Assembly: GCA_951406725.2 (NCBI GenBank)
Contig: OX597819.1
Location: forward strand, 34,782,001 to 34,846,000
DNA: 64,000 nt
DNA from: Octopus vulgaris
Lineage: Eukaryota
Direction: 5' to 3'
Shown: positions 1 through 13,109 of the stretch, piece after piece
How the letters are laid out: every line of letters starts with the position of its first letter
How positions within the stretch are numbered: the first letter of the stretch is position 1
The notes under the pieces: model-generated
The model's input: only the letters and a program-made list of their open reading frames with translations
What the model was told of the DNA's origin: nothing
The model's database searches: none
Program-made: the position numbers and the translations under genes

Positions 1-134
1 AAGTAGTGAGTACTTAGTATGAAAGATTAAGAAAGTGAGAGAGACTGAAAAAACGTGTTAACGATACGAGATACTTTATTAGACTGCGCGTTGTTGTACA
101 AGGTATTTCTTTGTTGTGGCGGGAAACTTATTGA

Positions 135-400
135 TTGTCCTTGTATCAAGGGAGACAATGGGCAACGTTAATTGTTCATGTTTGTTGTGATGATTACATA
201 ACAGCTATTACGGTCAAGAAAAAAGGTCAGATTAAAATAATCGAGAATATTTTCCTAAAAATAAATAATTATTTAGTGGAAGCTAACAGAGAAGTAACAA
301 TTAGTTGGTTGCCTGGACACATAAATATTTAAGATAAACGGAAAATCAGATGAATCGGCAAAAGGTGGAGCACAAAAAGATATAACAGATGTGCGAGGCT
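135..400 (+). pseudogene. RNase H domain remnant of a non-LTR retrotransposon
   Basis: ORF ends VTISWLPGHINI*, followed by residual ..DESAKGGAQK. This matches the LINE RNase H motif W(V/I)PGHxxIxGNExADxxAK. Stop codons and frameshifts are present. Confidence 0.65.
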
Positions 401-803
401 GCATCTCAAATATTATACACAAGTCAAAGCCTTCAGCAAAATCATATTAGTCAAGGGTGGAGAAAATATTGGGAAGGAAACGTGAGATAAACTCCTAACT
501 GTAATCCTATCCTAATACTGTCGCAGACAGAGATAGTATCAATAATATATAAAGTATATCAGACATTTAACAAGATTAATAACTAAAGACTCTATTGGCT
601 TTAAACTGGACAACTCGTATTACTTTGAACACTATTCTTTCATAAACAAGCTGTATGGAATCACCTAACGAGGATTATCTGGAAGCCTGATTTCTGCTAA
701 AATTACTTCTCTGAGAGAGAGGATATTTTAAAAATTGTCTCAACGCCGACGAAAGTTGGGGATACAATTTATTTTCAAGGGTTTACCAACCATAGAAAAT
801 AAT

Positions 804-1207
804 TGGCTGTGTGGTAAGTAGCTTGCTAACCAACCACATGGTTCCGGGTTCAGTCCCACTGCGTGGCATCTTGGGCAAGTGTCTTCTGCTATAGCCCCGG
901 GCCGACCAATGCCTTGTGAGTGGATTTGGTAGACGGAAACTGAAAGAAGCCTGTCGTATATATGTATATATATATGTGTGTGTATATATGTGTTTGTGTG
1001 TCTGTGTTTGTCCCCCTAGCATTGCTTGACAACCGATGCTGGTGTGTTTACGTCCCCGTCACTTAGCGGTTCGGCAAAAGAGACCGATAGAATAAGTATT
1101 GGGCTTACAAGGAATAAGTCCCGGGGTCGATTTGCTCGACTAAAGGCGGTGCTCCAGCATGGCCGCAGTCAAATGACTGAAACAAGTAAAAGAGTAAAAG
1201 AGTAAGT
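804..1207 (+). mobile_element. tRNA-type SINE, family A (near full length)
   Basis: Head TGGCTGTGTGGTAAG...GGTTCAGTCCCA (A/B-box-like), internal (TA/TG)n tract, tail GACTGAAACAAGTAAAAGAGTAAAAGAG. Homologous copies recur through the window. Confidence 0.85.
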
Positions 1208-2003
1208 AAAACAATAAACTATTCATTGCATGTTCTTCTTTCTCCCTTTTTCCATTCTTTTTTTTTTTCTAGTTTTTGTGATTTTATTTGTTGTTTATTC
1301 GTTTGTCCTCAATCTCTTATGACTCACCAACTTAACACAGCTGACTGTATAGATATGTAAATATAGAAATAATATATCGTTTTGGTAGTATCTGCATACA
1401 AAGGATTTTGCTTATAGTGTTGCACTCCACGGAGCAATTCCTTCCGAATGTTAACAACTATAAATAGTTGTTCGTCTTTCTAAGATACACTAGTGACTGT
1501 ATAACCATCCATTTCGATGAATGAATGTGTAGAAAGGTTTGTAAAGGAAAAACTTGACGGCCCGTTTAGAAAGGAAATCTGAAACGCGAGAATATTATAT
1601 TTGGTCTGAAAATGAAAACCAAATTAATCAAATACCACTGTTGGAGTTAGGTTTCTTTGATAAACAAACAAGTTCTGTAGAAACTAATGACAATCAGGGA
1701 ATTGCTATATATAAGGACAACAGACAGTGGAATCAGTTATTTGTTTTGATAGTATTAAATTTGTCATATAATATCTACAAAATATGAACAAGTAATTATA
1801 TACACATTTGTTCTTTTAGAGTAAATTATGTGAAAGTTAAATAAAATATTTGATGAAATCTTTAATAATTACTAGTCTGACGGTCTAACTGACTCATTCT
1901 TTTTGCTGTATATTAATTTTCAAGTCAAACTTGAAATAGCAATTTGATTTACAACGAATTTGATATTGAATTAATTTTCTTGGTGATTAATGGCGATTTA
2001 CCG

Positions 2004-2055
<52 letters not shown>

Positions 2056-2353
2056 AAGGACAATCAAATATGATCAGTCCAGTGTGCGATTAAGTTAGCA
2101 GAAATTGGATGTAGTTTTCCTTTTTTTTAAAATAAAATTTTATCCCGGTATAAATTTCAAAGATTTCAATATTTTGAAAATAAATTTTAAATACTTCGTC
2201 TTTACTAGAGGAGAGAAAATATATTAATGCTATCGTCCAGGAAAAGTCTCTTTAGACGTAGAATGTTTTAAAAAAACACTGTATATCCCAAAACCAGATG
2301 AAACTAATCACCTTGTGGGTGAACGAGAACAGTAGATATCAATATTTCGCTGA

Positions 2354-2389
<36 letters not shown>

Positions 2390-2404
2390 ATAGAAAGAGA
2401 GAGG

Positions 2405-3266
2405 CGGGGTGCGGAGAATAAACTGTCGTCTAAATTACACAAAAATGAAAATAACACTGATATCACATTTTAACAGATATATTTACCAAAATTACATAAA
2501 AATGTCTTGAAATACTAAAGAGTTAATATATTCAATAAAATCGCCATTAGTTTCAACCACGGCCTCCAGACAACCTCGGAAACTTCTGCACCTCTTCTAG
2601 ACAGTCTCCTTGTTGGTGAATCCTGCCATAACCCTTGCCTTCTGTTCATTTTTGATGTTACAAGGAGTTTTGTTGGTCTCTTGCATAACTGCGCCCTTAC
2701 ATAATAATCAAGGGGGTTACAGTCTGGGGAGTTAGGCTGCCAGACGTTAGAGGTGATGTACTCGCAAAAATTGTCTGACAGCCATGACTGGATTCTCCTG
2801 CTTGTGTGGCATGGTACAGAGTCCTGTTGCCAGACACAGGGTCTTCCAGCAGCCACCCTCTTGACCTAGGGCAGCACTACCTCATCCAAGCACTTGATGT
2901 AGGCCACTGTGCTGAGTCTGAGACCGTGTAAGAAGATGGAGATATAACGTCGCCATCACTAGTGATAACTCCAAACACCATGATATTGACCGAATGTTTG
3001 ATTTTCATCACTTTCGGTACATGTCCTCAGATTCACAATCAAACACTCTGAAATGTTCGTACTGGAGCTTCCGATGCGATTGCCAAGTAGTACAGCAGGT
3101 CATTTCCAAATTTCTGGCAGAATGAATTGCGTCGTGGTGCTGTTTTTCTTACAGACGGTGCCCAACTGCCCCTACTATACTGTGTAGTCGACAAAATCAA
3201 AAACAAACAATGCACATGCGCCAAATTAAAAATATAAAATGGCGAAAATTTACCCATCACACTCTG
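2405..3266 (-). mobile_element. Internally deleted DD37D (maT-type) Tc1/mariner element
   Basis: ORF 2515-2856 has WQQDSVPCH...WQPNSPDCNPLDYY with 37 residues between the 2nd and 3rd D. Degenerate terminal inverted repeats lie at ~2405-2430 and 3241-3266 (16/26 identical). Confidence 0.8.
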
Positions 3267-3444
3267 TGTGTGTATGTGTATATATATATAAAATACAGTG
3301 TACAATAAAACACATTAACCTCTTAATGTGTTTAAATGTACACTGTATTTTCATGAATAATATATAGTCTATTGACTAATTTTTCTATACGCTAGGCAAC
3401 TGGTAGTAAAAGTTTCTAAAATCTTTATTACCCTGATATTATTA

Positions 3445-3513
<69 letters not shown>

Positions 3514-3734
3514 AGTAAACAGAAAATGGAGAAATATTTCTTTATTTTCTGTTTACTTTAAATTTGATTCCTGATAAACTCATGTTTATCTTTGTCATTG
3601 CCTCTGACCTATGAGCATGTGTATGTCCAGAGTTAACATATGTAATTATACCGGTTATAAAACGGGTATTTTTATCCCTTAGACGGTTGGAAACCTCTAA
3701 CTCTACTAATTTTATATATATATGTGTGTGTATG

Positions 3735-3801
<67 letters not shown>

Positions 3802-3899
3802 TTTACTTGGAAGAGGATGCATGGCATTCAATCATATAATATAATGTATATATATATATATACACATACGTATATGTACATACTTACATATATGTGTGT

Positions 3900-3980
<81 letters not shown>

Positions 3981-4152
3981 GGCACAGGACGTCATGAAAT
4001 GTGTACAACAAAAAATACGAAGAACGAGTACATGGAATATTAACTATTTTTTGAACAATGAAAGATACAAATGGAAAACCAGACAAACAACATAAAGAAC
4101 GACCCACACATACATGCACTATATTTTGTTCTTGCACACGTACATATATCTA

Positions 4153-5411
4153 TCAGGTCATCCCATAAGTTCTGTCCGAATTTTAAATAAAGAAAACAAG
4201 TGATCAAATGTTATATTTAATTGAAATTTAATCATCAATGTTCTTTCCCTGATTATCTATGACTTCCTTCCATCTATTTACAAGCTTTTTAATTCCATCA
4301 ATGTAAAACTCTTTTGGTTTCAAAGCAAAGAAGTCTGAAATGTCAGTTTCGACCTCCTCCTGGCTTGCGAAAGTTATGTCCCCCAAATGATTCTGTAAAC
4401 TACGAAACAAATGGTAGTCTGAAGGAACAAGGTCGGGAGAATAAGGTGGATGAGAAATTTTTTCCCAACCAAGCTCTTCGATCTTCTGTGATATAATCTT
4501 TGCAGTGTGGGGTCGCACATTGTCCTGATGAAACATCACTCCTTTTCGATTCACTAAAGCGAGTCTTTTTTTCTTAAAAGCTTGGTTCAGACGCTCTAAT
4601 TGCTGACAGTAGACTTTAGCATTGATTGTTGCATTAGGTGGTAACAATCCAAAGTGAATTACTCCTTTGCAATCCCACAAATAGAGAGAAGAACCTTTTT
4701 TCCTATAAAGTTCCCTTCTCGGTTGTGGTTGAGCTTTTTCCCTTTTACCAAGCCACTGTTTACGATGTTTAACATTTCGATAGAAGATCCATTTTTCGTC
4801 ACCAGTCACAAGTCTATCTAAAAAGGGTGAAATGAGTTCGCGAGACTGGAGAGAAGATCAGATGTCAACTCGGGATTTGCGGTTGCTTTCGGACAATTCA
4901 TGAGGCACCTATTTTCCAAGTTTAGGAACCTTTCCAAGTTGTTGAAGATGATAATGAACAGTTGTATGGTTTGAACTAAGCTTTATTGCCAATTCTTCAA
5001 CTGATAATGCGGGATTTCTTTCAATTAGTGCCTCAAGGAGCCTATCATCAAACTCAACTGGACGTCCTGTACGATCTTCATCTTCAAGTCTGAAATCTCC
5101 ACTTCTGAATTTTGCAAACCATCGTCTGCAAGTTCTTTTATTCAAGCATTCTTTCCCATAAACTGCAGAATTTCCTTTTTTGTACTCATAAAGCATTATG
5201 TGCCTCAAAAGCTCTTTGGATACTTCCATGTTAGAAAGGGTTTTAATCAAAGAAATTTTAATTCTGTTATTCTGTAAAATAATATTTAATTAGTTTAAAT
5301 ATACACAAATGCATAGAAATAATTTTTAATTCCATTAGACTTTCTAAAATACTATTAATTTCATTCAATTTAAAAAAGATAAAATCGGACAGAACTTATG
5401 GGATGACCTGA
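4153..5411 (-). mobile_element. Full-length mariner (DD34D) transposon
   Basis: Perfect 27-bp TIRs TCAGGTCATCCCATAAGTTCTGTCCGA (4153-4179 and 5385-5411), each flanked by TA. Confidence 0.95.
4228..5250 (-). pseudogene. Mariner transposase, inactivated
   Basis: HTH (4909-5250) plus catalytic domain TGDEKW...HQDNVRPH...YSPDLVPSDYHLF with D34D spacing. The WVPHEL motif reads *VPHEL, and a second stop lies in the linker. Confidence 0.95.
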
Positions 5412-6451
5412 TATATGCGTGAATGTATGTGTATGCGTTTTCATCCGTTTAAGAGATTCAAGATACTTCTGTAGATTTTTCAATATTTGAACCTTCGAAG
5501 GCTATTGAATGGCAGGAACGGTAAAATGTCGTACGACAATCATTTATTTGTTTAAACCCTGCTCGTTCAAAGTTCAAATCCCGCCATACATGGCCTAAGT
5601 TGACTTCAATGAAAACCAAACTCTAGATTTTAAGCATTTCTAGCCAGTATCAAAAATTGCTATAAGAATTCCCTGAAATAGTTCATGTAATTTGTCAGTG
5701 TCTGATCTGGAACTGATTAAATTAAATTGTTTTTCATTTTACTGATTTTCAATTTTAGTCAATATACAACTGATTAAATTGAAATTGAAGCACTTTTCTG
5801 AAGCAGTACAAATGTGCTTATAAGTGGACCATAATAAAAGAAAATTGGAGCCACAGAAACAGAAGTTCTTTGAACTATCACGTCAAACAGACACCAAGTG
5901 AACTTTGAGAAGTGATGACATGAAAGGGAAAATGTTTTGCACTTACCTTTTTTTTACAATCCTCACTAGTAAAGAAAAATTAACTTTTCTAGATAAATAT
6001 TTTATTTAGTAAAATATATTAAGGTGTATGAATGTAAACATCAAAACAGGAATGTCTCTGTAGAATAACAAGTGCCGTAATGATGTAATTATTTCTGCTA
6101 AAAAACATTTTGTCGAACTAACAGTACAGGTCTATCCTACAAATATTAAGGAAGTATATACTTACAACCGAACAATTAATAGTTTGTCTCTTGTAGATGT
6201 CATTTCTACCATAGTTTCATTATAGTTCCACTCAAAGTTTATCATAGTTCTATTACACGGAGCAACCGCAACAGTGCTCCTTCTTACTCACCTGCAATTA
6301 ATAATTGATAAATCAGTCTAATTTAAAAACTGCTTATACAAAAGCAGCCTTGCAATATCTTCAACATACATACATACATAAACGTATATATAATTGGGTG
6401 TAGATATATATGTGTTTATTATGTGAGTGTGTGAATACATATGTATATGTA

Positions 6452-6499
<48 letters not shown>

Positions 6500-6521
6500 C
6501 ATATATGTGTGTGTGTGTGAA

Positions 6522-6795
6522 GGCACGTGGCTTAGGAGTTAGGGTGTTGCACTTACGATCGCGGGTTCGATTCCCAGACCGGGTGTTGCGTTGTTTTCTC
6601 GAGCAAAGCACTTAATTTCATGTGGCTCTGCGATCATTCCGTCATCTGATAAGTGGCACGCGGTGCACCTGTACAGGTAATGCCGATTTGATTGAGGGAG
6701 CGAGCTTATATCTACACAAACATTTGATCGCTATAAACAAATCATCTGTGTGGTTGTTCGGCAATCTCTTGCCGACGCCTAACGACGGGGAGTCC

Positions 6796-6798
<3 letters not shown>
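6522..6798 (+). mobile_element. tRNA-type SINE, family C
   Basis: GGCACGTGGCTTAGGAGTTAGGG...GGGTTCGATTCCC B-box head, followed by a body distinct from families A, B and D. Sits between microsatellites. Confidence 0.7.
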
Positions 6799-6860
<62 letters not shown>

Positions 6861-6871
6861 CATTATATAAT

Positions 6872-7135
6872 TAGGGCTTAGTAAAATTAAATTACTTTGC
6901 CACATACTGAACTTTCTAGAAATAGCAGCCAAAAAAAGTTTTATAGCCATTTCCACTACTTAAAGAAAATTTCTCTCAGATAATGTTTACTCAAAATAAC
7001 TCACGAAGGTATGGAGGTAAAAACAGAAAAATATCACAAGTACAAAGATTATTTGAGAACGTTAACGTTTCTAGATTAGCCAAATAAACTCAGCATTTCT
7101 TTCGTCAGCTCAACATTTCTTATTTTGGATTTGGA
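6872..7135 (+). repeat. Unclassified interspersed repeat, copy 1
   Basis: Aligns by eye with 12285-12533 (CCACATACYGAACTTT...GAAATAGCAGCCAAAA...TTCGTCAGCTCAA...GATTTGGA). Both copies abut (TA)n. Confidence 0.75.
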
Positions 7136-7520
7136 AGCACTAAAAAGAAAGAACATACCCTTTGGCGACTTATCACCTCAGATGACCCGTTCAGACTGCC
7201 AGTACTAACAAATTCAAAATGTGCAAGCGAAGATTCCCTGCTCTCCCCTTCCACCCACGTGGGTTATCTAGCAAACATTATATTTTAACGGTGAGAACCG
7301 AGGCAATATGACAGAGAGAAATGAATTATAATATCAACAATTGAGGGTAAAAACGTATATAACTGTTAGTCTACCAATTATATACGTTTTTATTATTATT
7401 TTTTGCAATTTACTTAATCATTGGTATATTATTGTTATTTTAATTTTAATATTTCTATTATATGTAATTTTCTAGATGGTATAATTTAATTGTTCATTTT
7501 GAATTGATAAAAGATGGTTC

Positions 7521-7569
<49 letters not shown>

Positions 7570-8179
7570 TGTGTGAAATTTGATTTAGTAGTTCTAGATT
7601 GAATTTTTTTCCCTGTAAGTTAGGATTAATATTCCCTCAAATAATTATATATATTATAGTAAACACGAAATTCTGTCTGCCCTTCCGTCCGGGACCCCTG
7701 TGTCTTAGTCTACATTTGATCTACGTAGACATATTATACCTAGATGGTGGCTTTGCTGGGTGGAGGTGCTTGACTCCACTTTGAAAGCATAAGAACACAG
7801 GAAATGTGTCAAGTCCAACAAGAAACGGTGTTTCCTAGGGCTAAATAACAGTAACACTCTTCCCTTTCTTGGGACTGTCACATTAAGTTGACAACATACT
7901 ATCATATTATACCTTTTGGGAATCAGGATGATCCCTGGATGGAAAGCTCCGCTCTATTTGGTTTTTGAACTTCCAACATTGGGATCAGCTCTGGATGAAA
8001 ATTCAAATTTTAAAAACTCCAAAAATTTGTGGAGTTACAAGTTTTTCCTTTAAACTGAATTTAAAGTAATACAAAAATTTTAAAACTAGATTTAAAACTA
8101 GATCCAAGTTAATGTGAGAGGTTTCCTGTTCGTGGGGTTTCGAAGTTCCGTGGAGTTTATGAAGGAAATATTGAAAAAC

Positions 8180-8295
8180 TCGAACTTTCGGCCCAAATCG
8201 AACTTCCACCCAAATCGATCTTCCGCCCAAATTGAACTTCCGCCCAAATCGAACTTCCGCCCAAATCGGACTTCCGACCGGATCGAACTTTCGGT
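8180..8295 (+). repeat. 17-bp minisatellite, ~7 copies
   Basis: Consensus TCGAACTTCCGCCCAAA repeated head-to-tail without spacers. Confidence 0.9.
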
Positions 8296-8316
8296 GGAGT
8301 CAGTTTATTCAGAGAT

Positions 8317-9088
8317 TTGGATACTGAAAGATTTGCAGCTCCGCTGCGGGATCTGATAAATGAAAGCATTCAGCAAGACAGTAATGGAGACATCACTTTT
8401 CCAAATGGCTGTGGTATTTTGGTCAAAACTGTAGAAGAGTTGATTACCAAGATTTACCCAACCGTTGGAATAATTTTCAATACCATAATTGGCTTTATGA
8501 AAGAGCCATACTTGCATCAAAGAATGAAAATGTCCAGATTGTCAATCGGAAACTTATGCAATCAGTCAATACTGAAGAAAAAAATATTTCTCAATCGATA
8601 CTGTTGTAGACTCCAATGTGAATTATCTACTGAGTTTCTTAACTCTTTGGATCCTCCTGGAATGCCTTCTCACAAACTGACATTGAAGAAAGGAGTTCTA
8701 ATCATGCTTTTAAGAAATGTGGATCCTCCAAAGTTGTGTAATGAAACAAGACTGATTGTCAGGCAAATGCCTCCACATTTTTTGAAAGCAACAATCCTCG
8801 CTCGACAAGGAAAGGGAGAAAATGTGTTTATTCCAAGAATTTCACTGATTCCAGTAGACATGCCTTTGGAATTCAAGAGACCTCAATTTCCAGTAAGTGT
8901 TTGCAATGTTAATTAACAAGAGTCAAAGACAATCCCTGAAAATTGTTGGAGTTCACTTCATGTAGCAGTGCTTTTCACATGGTCAACTCTGTGTTGGTTG
9001 GTTCGGAGTTGGAAATGGCAACAATCTCTTCATATTTAGATCAGATGATAAAATCAAGAATGTTCTTTATCTTGCTGCTTTACAGTGA
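8317..9088 (+). pseudogene. Helitron RepHel Pif1-family helicase, C-terminal part
   Basis: EFLNSLDPPGMPSHKLTLKKG..IMLLRN.DPPKLCN.TRL...FIPRI..IP.DMPLEFKR.QFPV. After a frameshift it continues INKSQ.QSLKIVG...FSHGQL..(SR)VG. Confidence 0.9.
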
Positions 9089-9285
9089 TCTCCAAAAGTC
9101 ACAGTGATACAAAATTCCTCAAATGTGATACTCTGTGATATAAATCTGAGATGATAGGGTACCAACAAATGCTTTATTATTATTGTACTCTTTAGTTTGG
9201 GGGCATAGGCTTAAATAGCACTTCTCAGGAGCTAGCTTAAAAGTCCGCACGGAGTTCGGCTTTTAAGCTGATATATGTATATGCT

Positions 9286-9623
9286 GTTGTGTCTTAGGAA
9301 GGTCATTACACCAATAATAATAACAACACACGAACTGGTGCAATATCACTTCTTTATTATCAGTCAGTTGGTTAAATATCTAACCAACTAATTGAGCAGC
9401 AAGGTAGACCTTGAAGAGAGAGGGCAAATCATTGAAAAGGTCGCGAATAGCGGCGAAAGGACTTTCACTAACAAACCGATTGATTGTTTAAGCAGCACAT
9501 TAAACAAATGATCGATTAGTTGGTTAGATATTTAACAAATCGACTAACGGCAAAGAAGTGATTTTGAATCAGTGCGTGTGTTATTATTAGTATTGGCGTG
9601 ATGACCTTCCTAAGACACAACAA
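9286..9623. repeat. Inverted repeat, ~110-120-bp arms with ~110-bp spacer
   Basis: TTGTGTCTTAGGAAGGTCATTACACCAATA...AAATATCTAACCAACTAAT is mirrored by ATTAGTTGGTTAGATATTT...TATTGGCGTGATGACCTTCCTAAGACACAA. Confidence 0.85.
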
Positions 9624-9691
9624 GATTTGTATCAACGCACAAATTCACATCAAGAATCTTACAAACCAATTACAAAAACGGAATGTGTATA

Positions 9692-9743
<52 letters not shown>

Positions 9744-9772
9744 CATCTACATACAACTATGTAAAAAAAAGA

Positions 9773-10030
9773 CTGGCACTCTGACGATTACGATGACGTA
9801 AGTTCCAGTTGATCTGATCCACGAAACAGCCTTCTTGTGAAATTAACGTGCACCCTTAACGTAGTTCTCAGGTTAACGTGCAAGTAGCTGAGCACTCCGC
9901 AGCCACGCGCACCCTTAACGTAGTTCTCAGGGAGATTCAGCGTGACACAGAATGTGACAAGGCCGGCCATTTGAATTACAAGTAGAGCTCATTTATGATC
10001 GTGAACCGATTACTTTAACCACTAATCCAC
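9773..10030 (-). mobile_element. SINE family B, internally deleted
   Basis: Shares the CCCTTAACGTAGTTCTC...TTCAGCGTGACACAGA...GGCCGGCC block with 17251-17631 and has a short internal duplication. Confidence 0.8.
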
Positions 10031-10080
10031 GTATGTGTGTGTATGTGTGTGTGTATGTATGTGTGTGTATATTTATATAT

Positions 10081-10137
<57 letters not shown>

Positions 10138-10158
10138 TATATACATATATATATATAC

Positions 10159-10195
<37 letters not shown>

Positions 10196-10198
10196 AAT

Positions 10199-10229
<31 letters not shown>

Positions 10230-10253
10230 AATATATGTATGTATGTATATATA

Positions 10254-10343
<90 letters not shown>

Positions 10344-10760
10344 CCTTGAAGAGAGAGGGCAAGTCATTGAAAAGGGTCTGCATACAAATATGTTTGTATC
10401 TTTATAAATATACAGACATACACACATACACTCACATATCTTTTTGCCTGTATACATGTCTCTATACGTGTGTAGATGTAAGAACACGTATGTGTATATA
10501 CGCAGGTGTCTGGGTTTTTTTATCACTTTATACGTTTATTCTAGTTCATATGTAATTGATGTATTAGTCTCTGGTCGAAGTGTTTTTTTTTTCAATCTTC
10601 TAACTGTATTATATTATATTATATATAGTTCTGCAAGCATGAATTTAAATGCTTTCTGCAGTAAACATAAACTTCATTTTAAATGGCTCCGATGAAGCTA
10701 TAAGATGTCTCTCGAGCATTCAGGGAATACCTACACAAGTCTGCATCCCCCTCCCCACCT

Positions 10761-11250
10761 ACTTTGTTTCCTCATAACTTTCAGAAAAATTGGTATTTTT
10801 TAATGAAATTTTCTATTAACAGACGATGTAGATTCAGATTATATAAGAATTTGTCGTGAACATTTTTCGGGGATGGCGACTTTGTTTCCTCACAACTTTC
10901 AGAAAAATTAGATATTTTTTAATGATTTTTATTTTTCAAATGCATGGTGTAGATTCAGATTATACAAGAATTTGTCGTGAACATTTTTTCGCGGTTGGAG
11001 ACTTTGTTTCCTCATAACTTTCAGAAAAAAATGGATATTTTTTAATGAATTTTTCTACTAATAGATGATATAGATTCAGCTTATAAGAATTTGTTGCGAA
11101 CATTTTTTTTCGGGGGTGGAGTTTCTTCATAACTTTCAGAAAAATTGGATATTTTTTAATGATTTTTATTTTTCAAATGCATGGTGTAGATTCAGATTAT
11201 ACAAGAATTTGTCGTGAACATTTTTTCGCGGTTGGAGACTTTGTTTCCTC
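10761..11250 (+). repeat. ~120-bp tandem repeat, ~4 copies, alternating two variants
   Basis: ACTTTGTTTCCTCATAACTTTCAGAAAAA...GTAGATTCAGATTATA.AAGAATTTGTCGTGAACATTTTT recurs at ~10761, 10879, 11001, 11121 and 11238. Confidence 0.9.
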
Positions 11251-12284
11251 AAATCAGAATTTAATGTAATACAAAAAAAAAGCAAAATTGATGGATGTGG
11301 CACACATACATACTGGCACACATCACGTAATTTTTCTAAAATTCCATGTGGAAGTAGAACACCCCTATTTAGTTGGCTCCTAATGGACTGTGCCACAATA
11401 TAAATGGACATGTGCAGAGAGTGTGGGGAATGAGTCGGCTCGCAATTTTTGGGTGTTGATTTCTTTAAAACGTGGGTTAAATTGTTACATACTGTTATTA
11501 TATATTGTTGTAGGTCTCCCCGCGCGGGTGGACCAAGATTCGTTAAATTGTTAAATTGTTGAATTCTGTCGTTGTTTTTGCCTGTTTTGGAGATTGTTTC
11601 TTCCCCCGGTGATGGGTGAAGTGGTGAAAGGAAGTGAAATGGAGCGTGTCGCAAGTTATGCATCCGCAACTACACAAGAGAGAGTGAGAGAGAGAGAGAA
11701 TGTAGGAGAAAGACTGACAGAGACGGCGAAGGCGGCAGGGGAAAGATAGTAGAAGCTCTCAAACGTCGTTATAGAGAGAAAATAAAGGGAAGGGAGAAAA
11801 GAGAGAGAGAGAGACGGAGGAAGACAGGCAGATAAGAGAAAGAGAGAAATGACGAACACTTGTCAAAGCGTGGGTTCTTTGCCGTAGTAACAACAGCTTT
11901 TGAGACAGGGTTTCTAACCTAGCCCACTCACATCCTCGCCTCTTTTTACATGTCCCTGTAAATTTTGGAGCGAATCCGACGGGGTCTAGTGCCCTTTAAC
12001 TCGTTCCAATGCCAAAACCAGACAAACAAACAAACTTCTCGCATTTCAGATTTATAATGTAGATATAATATAAATATATATATATACATATATATACATA
12101 AGAATTTTTTGCGTAATAAGATAAAAAAAACCAAGGCTGTGTAGATATTAGAGAATTTATACATACATACATATATAGTCAATAATAAAAGGGTAAAACT
12201 AATTAATTATTAATTAATTTTACCAAGTAGTGTTCAGTGTGTAAAAAGACCATTTACAGTATATTTGAAACATTACGTTATAAA

Positions 12285-12533
12285 AATAGGGTTCAGTAAA
12301 ATAATTTACTTAACCACATACCGAACTTTTTAGAAATAGCAGCCAAAAGTCTTAGCTACTTCTTCTACTGTAAGAAAAATCTCCCAGACAATGCATACTC
12401 AAAAATAACTCAAAGGAAAAGTAACGAAAGATCACACGTATATAAGATTACCTGAGAACGGCCCGTTTCTGGATTAGTTGAATATAAAAATCAACATTTC
12501 CTTCGTCAGCTCAAAGATTTCTTTTGATTTGGA
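12285..12533 (+). repeat. Unclassified interspersed repeat, copy 2
   Basis: Homologous to 6872-7135. Confidence 0.75.
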
Positions 12534-12607
12534 TCTTTTGATTTATATATGTATATATATATATGTATATATATATATGGATCTTTTGATTTGTATTGGA
12601 TCTTTTG

Positions 12608-12692
<85 letters not shown>

Positions 12693-12782
12693 CTGTATTT
12701 AGGATGGTCATGTTGCCAGTTTAGCCAATAAAAACACGCGCACCATATATTTAGTGTTCATTTGCTTCAGCTTTATTTTATA

Positions 12783-12840
12783 TTAATTGTATTTCGGGCA
12801 GAGTTCTTTTGTCACACTTCTGTATACTCATCAGTGGTCC
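12783..12840 (-). ncRNA. Degenerate hammerhead-like motif
   Basis: Minus strand reads CTGATGA-G...CAGA..TCTG..C-GAAA. Stem III and the cleavage site are not recognisable. Confidence 0.35.
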
Positions 12841-13109
12841 TTTGCTTTCTTCTTTCTTTTTTGTGCGTCTCTCCTTACTAATGATCTACCATTATATATT
12901 TATATATATGCAAAAGTATATATATATATATTGTACATTTTGTCCCAACCTAGTATCTAGGTATGTATATATGTGCCTGTGCTTTTGTCTGTATGTTTAT
13001 GTATATATGTATATTGTTCAATATATATGAATGTTGTATGTAAGTGTATGTGTGTACACCGGGGTCGTGTGTGTGTGCGTGCGTGCATGCGTGTGTATGT
13101 GTACGTATG

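Larger units (their letters stand above)
7650..9272 (+). mobile_element. Deleted Helitron carrying the helicase C-terminus
   Basis: Contains a Pif1 helicase pseudogene. Ends in hairpin CCGCAC-GGA-GTTCGG plus a degenerate CTRR terminus (CTGAT) at ~9245-9272. The 5' boundary is approximate. Confidence 0.6.

Noticed and set aside
1554-1787. 77-aa ORF as a possible exon
   Set aside because: No recognisable domain, a non-ATG start, and no convincing splice context.
4228-4809. SETMAR-like domesticated gene
   Set aside because: It lies within TIRs and TA TSDs, has stop codons upstream, and has no SET domain.
8180-8295. Short regular repeats resembling a CRISPR array
   Set aside because: The units are contiguous with no unique spacers, there are no cas genes, and the context is eukaryotic. 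The same applies to the 120-bp and 166-bp arrays.
8317-8916. Host PIF1 helicase gene
   Set aside because: Intronless, frameshifted fragments with Helitron-type motifs and termini. The same applies to 35857-36324.
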